The translations under genes and the position numbers were made by a program. From Basidiobolus meristosporus CBS 931.73 (Eukaryota; Fungi; Basidiobolomycota), in assembly GCA_002104905.1 (NCBI GenBank), contig MCFE01000801.1:1-34640 (forward strand): a stretch of 34,640 nt of DNA. The letters run 5' to 3'. The notes under the pieces are model-generated. The model saw only the letters and a list, made by a program, of their open reading frames with translations. It was not told the DNA's origin and searched no databases. Within the stretch, counting starts at the first letter, position 1, and the number at the start of each line of letters is the position of its first letter. This document shows, piece after piece, positions 7,990-21,395 of the stretch.

Positions 7990-10358
7990 GCAGATTTAAT
8001 AACTATTTCCCCTTTGGTTTGACTCACTTCCACATATATGCTGTCAACAATACAGAAAAGTTGTCTGGCTCCCAATCAAACTCCATTATTAACAGCAGCA
8101 GATGTGCTGTTAGACAACAGCTTGCTTTGATTTTCTTTACATCTAGTAGTGATATATCCAAAAAGACCATATTGATAGTGTTCTTACTGAAGGTTTAATG
8201 CAGACTCCTCAGGCTCTCTGTTAAGTAGGCAAATGATAATCTTTGCCAAGCTGGAAGCTGATCACAATGTTCAGGCAGATGAGAATGTAGCAAACCCAGT
8301 ATCCTTGCAGAAGACCAGCAAGTGACCATTACAACTTCACCACCACCTGTATAAGCAAGTATGTTGTCAGCACATCCCAAAGTATTACTGAGGCAAATAG
8401 GTGCAGTGGCTGATAGGATGGATCTGGTGACCCAGAGAAATCAGAAATTAGTCCTTAAGCAAGATGAGTTGATAATAGATTTGTTCAGTTGGATAGTGCC
8501 ACATTGAGCCATGAGTGCCAAATGATGCCATAGTGTGCCAGAGAGGCCAAGTAAGCCTATACTTGGCCACAGAGTGTGAAACATAGATCTGTATCTTCAT
8601 GCAAAGCAGCCCCTGTGCTTCACCCAAGATGCAGGAGAAAATCCATTTTTTGACGTTTTTTTGTGGATCAATTTTGTGCAGGATGTGTACAAGCACTAAA
8701 GGATTGAAAAATACATCTGGTACTCAATACCCATGGCACCCTGAATCTAGCTCCTGCGGCTTGTAACATGTCACAAAAATGCATGGCACTATCTTGGTCC
8801 ACTGGTACTATCTGGCTCTATATTTAATTATTTGCCCTGAAGTAAGTTCTATACATAGCACTTATAGTGCCAGATAGTACCAGTGGACCAAGATAGTGCC
8901 ATGAATTCATGTGACATGTTGCAAGCCACAGGAGCTAGATTCAGAGCGCCATGGGTATTGAGCACCTTATGCATGACTTCAATCCTTTTGTGCTCTTACA
9001 CATCCTGCACAGAATTGACCAAAAAAAACGTCAAAAAATGAATTTTCTCCAACACAATGGGTGAAACACAGGGGCAGCTTTGCATGAAGATGCAGAACTA
9101 TGTATCACACTCTGAGGCCAGGTAAATGTTCACTTGGCCTCTCTGGCACACTAGGGCATCATTTGGCACTCATGGCTCAATGTGGCACTATCCAACAAAA
9201 CAAGTCTAACACATGTAGAACACTCAGCATCCCAGGTCTAGGATGCTCCATTGTTACTGCAAAGAAGAAACTCCAGTAGCTCAATGTCCCAGCCAAGTAC
9301 TTGGCCATTTCCCAATGTAATAGCAAAGGAACACCATACAACCTTTGAAGTACAACAAAAGTGCCCAAAGATGATGCTCACAGGAAACCTATTGCAGCAT
9401 GAGAGGGAGAGATTGTGATGTTTATACACAGGCCTAAAAATCAAATTGCATTGATAATCTGTGAAGCCATTGAGTGCATTGATAAGGAGTTGGCTAATAA
9501 TCAAGAGACTATTAGAAGTCTAGCACATCATTGGCTAAAAGCTGGCATATCAAGGGACCATCAGAGACTCTAGGCAAAGCAGAATGTGCTTGGCCTGTTT
9601 CATGAGCATAATCATGGAATCAAGCAAGCAAACAGACCTTGGGCCAGCATTGGAATGCTAAGAAAGTATCTGAACAATAGCAGAAACTATCAAAGGTAGA
9701 AGAACATAGGAATCATGGCTAAAAACCAGCAGCTTCCTCAAGATCTTATTACAAGCAGGGCTGAAAGATACAAACAAGTGGCAAAGAAACATTAGGTAGC
9801 CAGAGAAGTGTCAGTAGGCAACAGACAGGCAGTGACAGGCAGGCAAAGACAGGTGCATAGCAAAGCATTTATCAAGGAGGAAACATAGTTCAATACAAGA
9901 AGAACTTAGACACAGTAGCTGTGAAGGAATTGACAGTGATAAGAGCCTGCAGCATTGTGAGGAGCCTGTCACAAATAGGGCTAGAAATTCTAAACAAGCA
10001 GCAAAGTAATGTTATGTTACTGGGATATTGCTGCCTAGGGAGTAGCAGGCAAAAATGGATGCACCAGTGCTGCATCCATCAAGAAGAAAGCTAAGTACAA
10101 TACAAGAAGCACTTGATCATAGTAGGATTGATGGACTTGACAGTAATAAGAACCCAGGGCTTTCTCAGGAGCCTGTCACAAGCAAGGCTGATAGCTTCTA
10201 GTAAGTAGCTAAGAAAAGTTAGGCTTCCATGAGAGTGCTGACAAGGGACAAGCAGGCAAAATCAGATGCCCCAGTAAGGCATTAATCTGGGAGAACACAG
10301 AGTACCATACTTGAAGCACTCAGTCTAAGTAGTAGTGAAGCCCTTGGCAGTGATAAAG
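7990..10358 (-). mobile_element. Inverted fragment of the CACTA/CMC-type element family (accessory ORF region)
   Basis: Aligns by eye as the reverse complement of about 17400-18900 and 21800-22600; contains diverged ~200-bp internal repeats. Confidence 0.65.
8478..9206. mobile_element. Foldback/MITE-like element: ~345-bp inverted arms, ~40-bp loop, TA at both flanks
   Basis: Left arm 8478-8822 is the imperfect reverse complement of right arm 8863-9206. TA at 8476-8477 and 9207-9208. The homologous host sequence at ~18260-18280 lacks the insert. Confidence 0.8.
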
Positions 10359-13300
10359 TGATATGATCTACAGCTTAGATATTGAAGTCAGATTGATCTT
10401 TAGTCAAACAATTAGTCATATATTTTGACTATCATTATATCAGTGTTATCTATTAAATCAGTGGCATTAATCAGCAAATGAATCAGCAGATACTTATCAG
10501 ACATAATGTATATACTAATTAGGATCATGTTGGGTGATGATGACACAACCAAATGAGTCATCTGTCACAACCTACATAATATAATACAATTAGTTGGTAA
10601 TTGATCTGGCCAAATGAATATCAGGAGCTGCCTGAACCTCAATAAAAATCAGTTCAGGTCTTAGTGAATACAATACTAGCTAAGCTCTCTATTCCTTTAC
10701 AACTCTTATATCAAAAATTGTAACATTGGCATCAGCAACTACCAGAAACTTCCCTCCTAAAGAAAGTGGAAGCCTCCCCCCATGATGTCAGAAAATCAAG
10801 AACGGATGATTGCTATGCAGCACATCCTAACAGCAACAGTTACTCCAGATTCTTAGCCAGCAGCAACAGGGAATGACTACCATGGTGCAGAACCAGCAAA
10901 ACCATGTCAAGAGTAACTTTAGTGTGAAGGTCAACTAGTACCTTGGTAGAGTCAATGCAAATGTGGGAACTTGGCTCTTCCAGACTGAAGAAGCTCTAAA
11001 GGCTAAGGGCATTGCTCGAGAAAGCAAGTTGCATTATGCAGCCTCTCACCTGGTAGATGCAGCTTTAAGGTGGTACTACAAGAAGATAAGGTAAGCAACC
11101 ATTATGGGATGCTCTACAATCTCTACCTGGGATGAGTTTGTGTCAGAAATTCAATATGCTTTTGAACCTCCACACCAGCCAACACTACTAAGAAGAAAGT
11201 TGAAGACACTCAGACACAAAGGAATAGTTTCAAAGGACATCTATGAATATAGATGTCTACTTGGACAAATTGATAGAATGGACCCCCTGGATCAAGTGGA
11301 ATACATTATTCATGGATTGAAAGAAAGAACTTGTAAGGAAGTGAATTATTGAAGACCTCAGACTATTGAAGATGTCATCAAGATTGTCTTTAACTATGAC
11401 TCAGCTATGTTTAGAGTTGGGAACCCTACAGTGACTAACCAGAGAGGCTACAATCATGATAAAGAGGACAATCAGAGGCAGTACCAATGGAAATAGATAC
11501 TGTGCAGAAGAATCCTACCTCAGAAGAATGTAAGTGGAAAGGACTTTGCTTTAATTGCCACCAGCAAGGACATATTGCAAAGTATTGCCCTCAGAGAAGA
11601 AATGGACACCAAGCATCAAGAAACTTCAGCTATATTGAAGCTCTTGAGTGTAGTAACATGGAGGATAAACTCAAAGAAGACTTGGTTCTCACCTTCCATA
11701 TGACAGAAGAGTACCTTTCCCAGATGACCATGAACTCAGGAAAGCTATTATACTTGAATGGAGTTATCAATGTTGTACCTGCCAAGAGTGTGATTGATAT
11801 AGGAGCATTGCATGTGTACATGCCAGAGCAATCTACTTTGACGGCTGCAATCAACTTGGAACCCACCAAATCAGCTTCAGTCTTAAAAGTTGATGGGAAC
11901 TCTCACATAATGAACCGTATTATTCAGCCAGTAAGGATGAAGATCAATGACTATGAAGAAGCCCTACAGGTCTATGTATTGGGGAACAGCAAGTTTGACC
12001 CTGTACTTGGAAAGAGCTGGCTACTTTGTTGTAATTCATCAATCAACTGCACAACCCATGCTACTCAGATCTAGACGGACAACTAGATCTATGAGCTAAT
12101 ACCTGCCATACTGAATCTCAACTTGGTCAATTCCAGTGTGTGTGAAACAAGTAAACTTAGCAAGACACAGTTCTGTAAAGCACGTACAAAAGGCACCCAG
12201 ATGTTCCTCATGGTGGTATTATGGAAGGATTCCTCTACTCTAGCACCCCAGAAGGTCCAGACTCTTTTGAAGGAAAATTCTGACGTATTTCCAGAGGAAC
12301 TTATAAGCCTACCACTAGTCAGAGATGTGGATCATACCATTGACATAGGAGATAGTTCTCCAGTGAGTAAGACACGTAATAGAATGAGTCCATTGGAGTT
12401 GGAAGCAATGAGGATACAAATAAATCAGTTACTGGAGCAAGGATAGATCAGACCCAGCAAGTCATCTTGGGGAGCACCAGTACTCTTTGTGAAAAAATGG
12501 ATGGAACACTCAGGATGTGCATGGACTACAAAGCCCTCAACTCAGTTACTGCAAAGAATACGTACCCCCTACCTTGGATTGATGAGCTTTTGGACCAACT
12601 CAATGGAGCCACTATAATCAGTAATACTGGCCTCATGTCAGGATACAATCAGATTGGGGTGAAGCCAGGAGGCATCCCTTAGATGGCATTCAGGACCAGA
12701 TATGTACATAACAAGTACTTAGTTATGATTTTTAGCCTCACCAATGCCACTGCAACATTCATGGCCCTGATGTACACTGTCTTCCTGGAGTACTTAGACT
12801 AGCTTGTGATAATCTACCTGGATGACATATAGATATACAGCAAGACAGAAGAGGATCACTTGGTGCTTATTGAAAAGGTCCTGACAAAGCTAAGTGTGAA
12901 CAAGCCCTATGGCAAGCTAGCCATGAGTGAATTCTTCAAGGAACATAATGAACATCTGGGACAAATAGTGACTAACACAGGAGTGACCGTAGACCCTAAG
13001 AAGGTTGAAGTTATCAATAATCTGAAGCAGCCCCATAGCTTATCAGAACTCAAATCATTCCTGGGAATGGTTTCCTATTATTGAAGATTTGTCAAGTCCA
13101 ATGTAAGTATTGCAGCCCCTTTAGCTGATATCCTCAAGACAGACAGTGCCTACAAGTGGGACATAGCTTGTGAGACTGTCTTTCAGATGCACAAGAATAA
13201 ACTTGCTAAGCTGCCAAGCTTAAAAATACCCAACTTCAGAAAATAGTTGACTCTGAGCACAGATGCTTCAGATTATGCAATTGGTGGAGTGTTGAGCCAA

Positions 13301-13588
13301 GAATACAAGGGAAAGGACTACCAAGTTGCCTTTGAATCCCAGAAACTGAACTCAGTGGAACAAAACTACCTGGAGCCTAAGAAGGAGATGCTAGCTATAA
13401 TACACTGCTTGAAGACATAGAGATGCTATATGGAAGAAGTCAAATTCACTGTAAAGACTGATCATGCCTTGCTCATGTATATAGTTACTCAGACGGTAGA
13501 AGAATTACAAGATGGAGTGAATACATTCAGCAATTTGATCTGGAGATTTTCTACTGCCCTGGGAAAAACAACACAGTTGCTGATGTCT

Positions 13589-15493
13589 TGTTATGATCTG
13601 CCGCCTGAATGTTTAAGTTAGATCAGTTTTTAGTCAAATCAATTAGTATATGTTTAGGTTATCAGTATATCAGTATTATCTATGAAATCAGTAGCATTAG
13701 TCAGCAAATGAATCAGCAGATCCGTATCAGACAGAAATAGATATACTAAGTAGGATCTTATTGGGTGACAATGATGCAATCAAATGAGTCATCAGCAACA
13801 ACCTACATTAGGAAATACAATTTGTCAGCAATTGATCTGGCAAAATGTGTATAAGGAGCTGCTTGAACCTCAATAAAAATCAGTTCAAGTTTTAGTGAAT
13901 ACAATACTGGCTAAACTCCCTATTCCTCTACAACTCTTATACCAAGACTTGTAACATTAGTAGCAGCAAGAACCAGAAACCTCCCTCCTGAAGAAAGAAG
14001 AAACCACCCTCAAGATGTCGGAGAATCAAGAATGGAAGAATGCCATGCAGCAAATCCTGGCCCAACAGCAACAGTTATCCCAGATCCTCAGCCAACAGCA
14101 ACAAGGAATAACTACCATGGCTCAGAGCCAGCAAAGCCCTGTCAAGAGCAACTTTAATGTGAAGGTCAACCGGTACCATGGCAGAGTCAATGAAAACCTG
14201 GGAACTTGAGCCTGCAAGACCATTTGAGAGATGGGGAATTGACTTTATTGGAAGACTGCCAACTACTAGGATATGCAACTGTTAGATCCTAGTAGCTATT
14301 GACCATGCCACTAAATGGCCAGTTGCTAAAGCTGTACCAATAGCCAGTGAACAAGAAGTTGCAAGTTTCATTTACCATGAGATCCTGATGAAGTTTGGAT
14401 GCCCTGTGGAGATCTTATCTAATAGAGGTGCAAACTTTATGGCAAAGATATTAGACGCTTACCTGGAAATGCAGCAGATCAGACACTTGAAAACCTTGGC
14501 ATATCACCCCAGAACTAATGGAGTCACTGAGCGATTTAATGGATTATTTGGAAAAATGCTGACCAAGTATGCAAATGGAGTTGTCAGTAGATGGGATGAG
14601 TATATAGACCAAGCACTCTTTGCATGCAGAGTCAGAGTACACAACACCACCCAGCAATCACCATTTTACTTAGTTTATGGATGTGAACCAAGGATTCCAG
14701 GAGATCTCACACAACCAAAGCTTACAGACACCTTAGAAGATGAACTCAGTCAGCCAAGTAGGCACCAGCAACTGGAACAAAGACGTCAAGAGGCACAGAC
14801 CAAAGTATCTCAAAGTGCAGAAAAGATGAAGCAGAGATTTGATAAGACTATAGGACCAGAAGCATTGACAGTTGGGAACTTTGTATTGCTAAGAAACAAC
14901 ACTTGGAAGAAGTTTGAGCCACAATGGACAGGACCATTCAAGATCATCAGAGAATGTCCATTTGCAACTTACCAACTGGTGGACAAACAAGGCAATATCC
15001 GGGAAGACTTAGTGCATAGGGACAGACTCAAGCGTGCAAGACTTGCTGATAATACTGAACCATCAAGATATTGGTATCACAAGAAAAGAGATTCAGGAGA
15101 ACCCTCTCAGCTTTAGTAGGTGAGAATGTTATGATCTGCTGCTTGAATGTTTAAGTTAGATCAGTTTTTAGTCAAATCAATTAGTATATGTTTAGGTTAT
15201 CAGCATATCAGTATTATCTATGAAATCAGTAGCATTAGTCAGCAAATGAATCAGCAGATCCTTATCAGACAGAAATAGATATATTAAGTAGGATCTTATT
15301 GGGTGATGATGATGCAATCAGATGAGTCATCAGCCACAACCTACATTAGAAATACAATTAGTCAGCAATTGATCTGGCAAAATGTGTATAAGGAGCTGCT
15401 TGAACCTCAATAAAAATCAGTTCAAGTTTTAGTGAATACAATACTAGCTAAACTCCCTATTCCTCTACAACTCTTATACCAAGACTTGTAACA
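13589..15493 (+). mobile_element. Nested, internally deleted (non-autonomous) gypsy element with both LTRs (13589-13956, 15127-15493)
   Basis: The LTRs differ by about 11 substitutions and 1 indel. TSD GTCT/GCCT; removal restores host RNase H GKNNTVADAL. PBS-like TAGTAGCAGC after the 5' LTR. About 65 gag codons are joined directly to integrase. Confidence 0.93.
14209..15116 (+). pseudogene. Gypsy integrase (rve core and C-terminal region) of the nested element
   Basis: WGIDFIG..AIDHATKW..EILSNRGANF..YHPRTNGVTERFN..GPFKI..VHRDRLK. One in-frame TAG at 14283-14285; the second catalytic Asp appears as Asn (SNRG). Confidence 0.9.
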
Positions 15494-16329
15494 GCCTTAC
15501 CAAGTTTAGAACAAGTTGCACTACTCAACTTGGTGTATGAATCAGATTGGCCTAGCCTTTTACCAAAGTACTTGGAGGACCAAGCCATTCCTATTGAGGT
15601 GGATGAAAAGATCAAGAAGAAAATCCAGGATGTTGCCAGCAAATTTGTAGTACAGGATGAAACACTCAACCCAATTTTTGATGGAAGCCCTATTGCCTAT
15701 TGCCCTCATGTTGCTTGCCTGAATTTAATAAATAAGCTACTTGATGGATTTGGACATCATGGTATTGAAGGAGTCTATAGCCTTGGGAAAGCCAGAGCAT
15801 GGTGGCCTAGAATATACCAAGACATTGAGAAGCTAGTGAGAACATGCCCAAATTGCCAAATCAACCAAGGCTAGCCACAGGGAATTGCTGAAATCTTTCC
15901 CTTGTAGCCTGTGAGACCATTGAAAGATGGGGAATTGACTTTATTGGAAGACTGCCAACCACCAGGAAATGCAACAGTTGGATTCCATTAGCAATTGACC
16001 ATGTCACTAAATGGCCAGTGGCTGAAGCAGTACCTGTAGCCAGTGAACAAGAAGTTGCAAGTTTCATCTACCATGAGAACCTTGTCAAGTTTGGATGCCC
16101 TGTAGAGATTTTATCCAACAAAGAAGCAAACTCTATGGCAAAACATTGGAAGCTTACTTAGAAATGCAGCACATCAGACCCTTGAAAACCTTAGTGTATT
16201 TACCTAGAACTAATGGAGTCACCAAGCAGTTTAATGGACTATTTGGAAAAATGCTGACCAAGTATGCAAATGGAGCTGTTAGTAGATTGGATGAGTATAT
16301 AGACCCAGTGCTTTTTGCTTATTGAATGG

Positions 16330-19300
16330 TGCACTTTAAGGGAGTTACTTGATGAGTGTGAGCTTTGGCTTAATATTGGTCTTGGGTATAGGGACTTTTA
16401 TAGGCCAGTATAGCTTGAAATTAGGTTACAACTGCTGTTGGAAAGGAAATACACTGATTTGTATGCATGAAGTGAGAGCATTATTTGAGTTAGGAAGTAG
16501 GAGTGTGAATTGAGGCAATAGCCAGTCAATATACACAAACACAGGAGCTGACTGAGTGTTTGGGATTGGAAAGTGAGAGATAATGTAGTGGGCCAATAGA
16601 AAGCCACTTATTTATAGTTGTGCTGAAAAGTTTTGCCAAGTTTCTTGTTGAATATGGGGTGTAATCTTTTTTGACTGTGTTTGCAAAGTGTCCTCAGCAC
16701 ATCAATTCCTCTTGGTCATGGGCTTTGAGTTTTATGATGGCCATTTGACAGGTTCATCACAGCTATATCCTAAGTTCCTCAACTGGCTGAGCTTCCAACT
16801 CTTGAAAAACAGCTCCTCTCTTGTTAGTAGTTCTTCTTGACTATTGTGGTATTTACATATATCTAGTTTGACAACTTTCATTAGAGAGAATTACAGCTTC
16901 TTTATCTTGCTTCTCTGTCTCTGGCTTGGGTGGACTTTTCTCTTTCACCTTTACATTTACAACTACCAATTGAACCCCAGATTTCACAAAAACTTAGTCA
17001 GAATTTTTCATCACAATGAGACATAAGAGGCAGTTGATTGGTCCTCTGACAATTTTCCCACTTTGTCTGTCAGTGGGATCTGCACTTTCTCTACAATGGA
17101 GGGACTGGAGGCAGTGGTACAAATTGCTTTTCTCTGCAAGCCCATCTACCTTGCCATAGTGTAGCTCAACTGGCTACACTTCCAACTCTTGATGAAACAG
17201 CCGGTTTCTAGTTTATAATTACTCTAGGCTGTGATGGCATGCAGCCTGTTCTGGGCTGACAGAATTAATTGGTGAGAACTGCAGCTCTTTTCTGATGCTT
17301 TCCTCTCTCTGGCTTGCATAGACCTTTTTCTCTTTACCTTTACCTTTATCACTACAAAGTCTTTCACTACCACTTTGACTGAGTACTTTTGAAATGGAAC
17401 TCTGTTTTCTCCTTGAAGAATACTACACTGATGCATACTTTTTTGCCTCCTCATCCCTTGCTGGCACTCTGCCAGCAAAATGATGATTCTTAGCTACTTG
17501 CTCAAACTATCAGCCCTGCTTGCAACAGGCTTCTGAGAAAGCGGTGGATTTCACCATGGTCAAGTCCTTTACTACTATTGTGGCCAAGTGCTTCTTGTAT
17601 TGAGCTACATTTTCTCCTTGATGAATGCTGCACCAATGCATCTGTTTCTGCCCGCCTGTCTCTTACTGGCACTTTTCTGGCTACCTGATGTTTCTTTTCC
17701 ACTTGTTTGGAGCTTTCAGCCCTAAGTGACAGGCTCTTTTGGAAGCCACTGGTTTTTAGCCATAGCACCCTTGTTCTTCTGCCTTTGATAGTTTCTGCTA
17801 TTCTTGAGATACCTTCTAAGCACTCCAATGCTGTCCCAAAATCCATTTGCTTGCTTGAATCCAGGATAATGCTTATTAATCAGGTCAAGCACAATCTACT
17901 TGGCCTTGTGTTCTTGATGGTCCCATAGTATGCTGGCTTTAAGGTGATGCCATGCCAGACTTCCATTAGCCTCTTTTATATTAGCCTACTCTTCATCATT
18001 GCACTCAATGGCTTCACAGATCTTTATGTTGTTTCATTTCTAGGCTTGGGCACAAGCACCATAGTGTCTCCCTCCCATACTGTCATAGGTTTTTCTGTGA
18101 TCTTTATCTTTGAGAACTGCAGTTGTGCTTCAAAGGCTATACCATGTTCCTCTGCTGTTACATTAGGAAATGGCCCAGTACCTAGATGTGATATTGTACT
18201 ACTTGATTTCTTCTTTGCAGCACAGATACTGGAATCTCTACCTTGGATGTTGATTGCTCCACATGTGTTATCTGCTCATCCTGTTTTTGGACTATTTCCT
18301 GACTCCTCTTGGCCATTGCATCTATCCTATCAGCCACTGCATCTAGTTGCTTTGGTATAAGCTGACAACATACTTGCTAATACTGGTGGCAGTGATGTTA
18401 TGATGGTCACTTGCTGGTCTTCAACCAAGAGTTCTACATTTGCTACATTCTCATCTGCCTGAGCATCCTGGTCAGCTTGCAGCTCTCCAGAGGATCTAGT
18501 TGGCCTACTGACTGGGAGACTGAGGAGTCCTCATTATTACCTTCAGGGGGCACACTGTCTGCATGGTCTTTTTGGATGTATCCCTGCTTGTTGCACTGAG
18601 TTTCAAAGCAAGCTGTTGTCCAACTGTTCTTCTGCTGATGGTAACAGTGGGTTTGGTTGGGAATCTGACAACTTTACAATATTTTTGGGCGTGTATATGG
18701 AAGTAAGTTAGGCCAAAGGGGAAATAGTGTTACATACATGTGTGTATGTGGTGCCACAACTTTACTTAAAATGCTTACTAGGGTGTGACATTTTTGATTG
18801 TATATTCATGTAGGTGCAATGTCTCAGGTATAGGACAGTCTAAAGTTCACATGAGTGTTGACAAAAAGTGATATCATAGTGTTCTGTTGTGAGTGTCAAA
18901 CTGTTTACCCCATGGAGAAGACTGCTCTGATTCAATGCCATTACAGAAGAGAAAAATGATCATGTGGCTATTGTAACAAGCCACTCAGTCATGAAGCATG
19001 CAGATAGCATCAGAAATAGCATTTACAGCTTTTACGCAAGGAGTTTGTGATGGGATTTGAGAGGCTATACTACAAACATAAAGCTGCACATGTAGATCTC
19101 TGCCACTACTGTATCCATTCCCTACTCATTCTTGCTTGGTGTGTGGAGAATATTGGGCCTTGCTTCACCTTATGGGAGTTTCCTATGGAGCAGATATGTG
19201 GGGAGATAGGAAGATGAGTCAAGTTTCAGGTACTACCATGTTCAAGTCTCAGCAAGAATTTTACCTTTAAGTCCATCATGGATGTGATGAGTTGGCACAT

Positions 19301-20425
19301 GGATGACAGCCAGGAAGAGTTGGAAAATACTGAGGGCAGATATGCACATGGACACATCTATACCTTTAGGATTAAGAAGCTAAGCAGCCCCAATGCATGG
19401 GTCATAATTTAAATAATGCAAAGCTGGGTTGGGTGCAACTAGCAACTAATTTTTATTAGGATAACTTTACCAAAGTATGCCAGGCTTCTATTGGTCACAA
19501 GCCAGCTTCTACACCATTCAATACAGAATTTATGGGGACTACATTCCAGCAGGGAGAAGGAATATATAGATACAATTCTCAACTTAGTGGTGTCTTAACA
19601 AAAGTATTTGCTGGATACAGCATCCTTTGAGATGACAATGTACTAAAGCATCCAAAGTCAAAACAACTGTAAACTTCACCAGCAGGGACTTGATAAGAAT
19701 GCAGCTGTGGTCAATAGTTACAAAGACAGAAAAGTATCTTTGTCTGAACAAAAATAAACTTGGGTGAAAGTTAGCCAGTTTATGGGATATTACTGATCAA
19801 GTAAGACAAATAGGATAAAACTAAAAAAAGGGTAGTAGAAAAATAGGGAAGTAGAAAACATGGGAATGGGCACATCTGACAGTGGGTGTGCACATATGTA
19901 GAGGTAAGTATGCAGGAGGTCATAGTTTTTTTACTAGAACTATGTGTGGAATACCCATATTAGTAGTGGGTAAACAAATAAAGGGGGGTGATTCTACAGT
20001 GGAATATATGAGTGGTGCAAGGGGTGGCAGAAAAAGAAAATACTACTTGGTCAATTGGTATAATAACATTATACCAAACTAGTTGAAGGCCACCATACTG
20101 CCTATATAATGCCAGCAGGGGTGAGCAATGAGGCTGGCAGAGCACTGTCAAGTTGCTTGCCATATAAGGCAATTGGATGTATTGGCCATCTAGGTCCACC
20201 CAAATAGATGTAAACACATTAAGACTGTTTGGATGCCATGCATTCTTGTCAAAAGACCACTAAAACACTCTCAAGTTTTGTACTTATTTAGCAGTTAAAT
20301 TAGCAAAATGCCATTACAATCCTGTCACAAAATTGTGCAAAGGGTCAATAGTTCCAAGTTGTTGGCATTATGACAGACTCATTGCAGGATCATGATGGCT
20401 CATCTGTATTGAATCCACCTGTGGG
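16330..20425 (+). mobile_element. Degenerate CACTA/CMC-type element copy A (internally deleted; transposase C-terminal remnant ~19060-19400)
   Basis: GPCFTLWEFPMEQICG motif near 19155-19200; colinear with 20426-25762; ends ...AATCCACCTGTGGG. Left boundary uncertain. Confidence 0.6.
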
Positions 20426-20701
20426 ACCAAGTTATTTTTCCATAGGGTTCTTGTATAGTCCTACAATTCCTCCTTGATAAATGCAGCAATAGTACATCTG
20501 TGCTTGCCTGCTTGTCCCTCACTGGCACTCTTCTTGCTACTGGATGCTTCTTTACCACTTGTTTTGAGCTTGCAGCCCTGCTTAGGGCAGGCTTCTGAGG
20601 AGGCCCCTTGTTTTTATCTGTGGCACCATTGTTCTTCTGCCATTGGTAGTTTCTGCTACTGCTGATGTATTTTCTTAGCTTACAAATGCTGGCCCAATTT
20701 C

Positions 20702-21229
20702 TGTTATGAATAGACACAATGCAGGAGAGTAGAGCTAGGCAAGGCAGGACCAGGAAAGGACTTAGGTATGGATCAACAAGGCTAGGTGGGTTTCCAAGGC
20801 AAGGCTGTTTATTCAAGACCTGTGTTTATCAGACTGAGGAATACATAAGGGGGGATAGGACTATATATACTTTTTGGCAATGTGGATGCCAAGAGATATT
20901 GGCTAATACTGATGGGGTTGTGGGGTGAGGCACAGTAAGTGTGCCAAGATAGAATATACTAAAGAACAGACTGGAATATCACATGGAGATATGTCAGGGG
21001 TCAGCTGATCATGTGACTAGGTCATGTGACCTGTAGTTACCATATATGGCATGAGACTACATAAACTTTAATGGGAAGCTTCCATAGAATGTTACATTGA
21101 GTAACATTGACTTGGAGCTTTCAAGAAGTTGCTAGAATGTAGTAGAACTTTCTAGATGGAGCTGGGATTTCTTCACTGACTTGATTTGGCTAGATAATTG
21201 GAGACCAAAAATGTCATGTGATCATGACA
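20702..21229 (-). repeat. 3' LTR of a chromovirus (second gypsy family)
   Basis: Minus-strand termini TGTCATGA...TCATAACA, immediately preceded by the polypurine tract AAAAGAGGAGAATAG and a chromodomain. Confidence 0.85.
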
Positions 21230-21256
21230 CTATTCTCCTCTTTTGAAGGGCTCTCT

Positions 21257-21394
21257 TCAAGCTTTTGGCTTTGGCTTGTTGGGGTATGTCTGGTGGAATA
21301 GCAAAACTAGATCTTGGCAGTTTTTAAGATTTGCTGCTGCTTCCCAAGTTTGATCATTTGGGCCATAACCCACCCAATCTACCAGATAGTGAAG
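21257..21394 (-). pseudogene. Chromodomain, C-terminus of a chromovirus integrase
   Basis: My translation: LHYLVDWVGYGPNDQTWEAAANLKNCQDLVLLFHQTYPNKPKPKA*, matching the YLVxWxGY..TWE..NL chromodomain pattern; too short for the ORF track. Confidence 0.88.
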
Positions 21395-21395
21395 C

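Larger units (their letters stand above)
10359..16325 (+). mobile_element. Degenerate Ty3/gypsy retrotransposon: 5' LTR (10359-10725), gag, PR, RT, RNase H, IN; 3'-truncated and interrupted by a nested element
   Basis: Zinc knuckle CFNCHQQGHIAKYC, protease VIDIGA, RT LRMCMDYKALN..YPLPWIDELLDQL and YLDDI, RNase H TDASDYAIGGVLSQ/KEMLAII, IN zinc finger GFGHHG..WWP..CPNCQ and RWGIDFIGRLP. RT precedes IN. Many stops. Confidence 0.95.

Noticed and set aside
10359-15493. One complete gypsy element bounded by the LTRs at 10359 and 15127
   Set aside because: The LTR at 15127 pairs with 13589 (near-identical, shared TSD), and the outer element continues past 15493 and has no 3' LTR.
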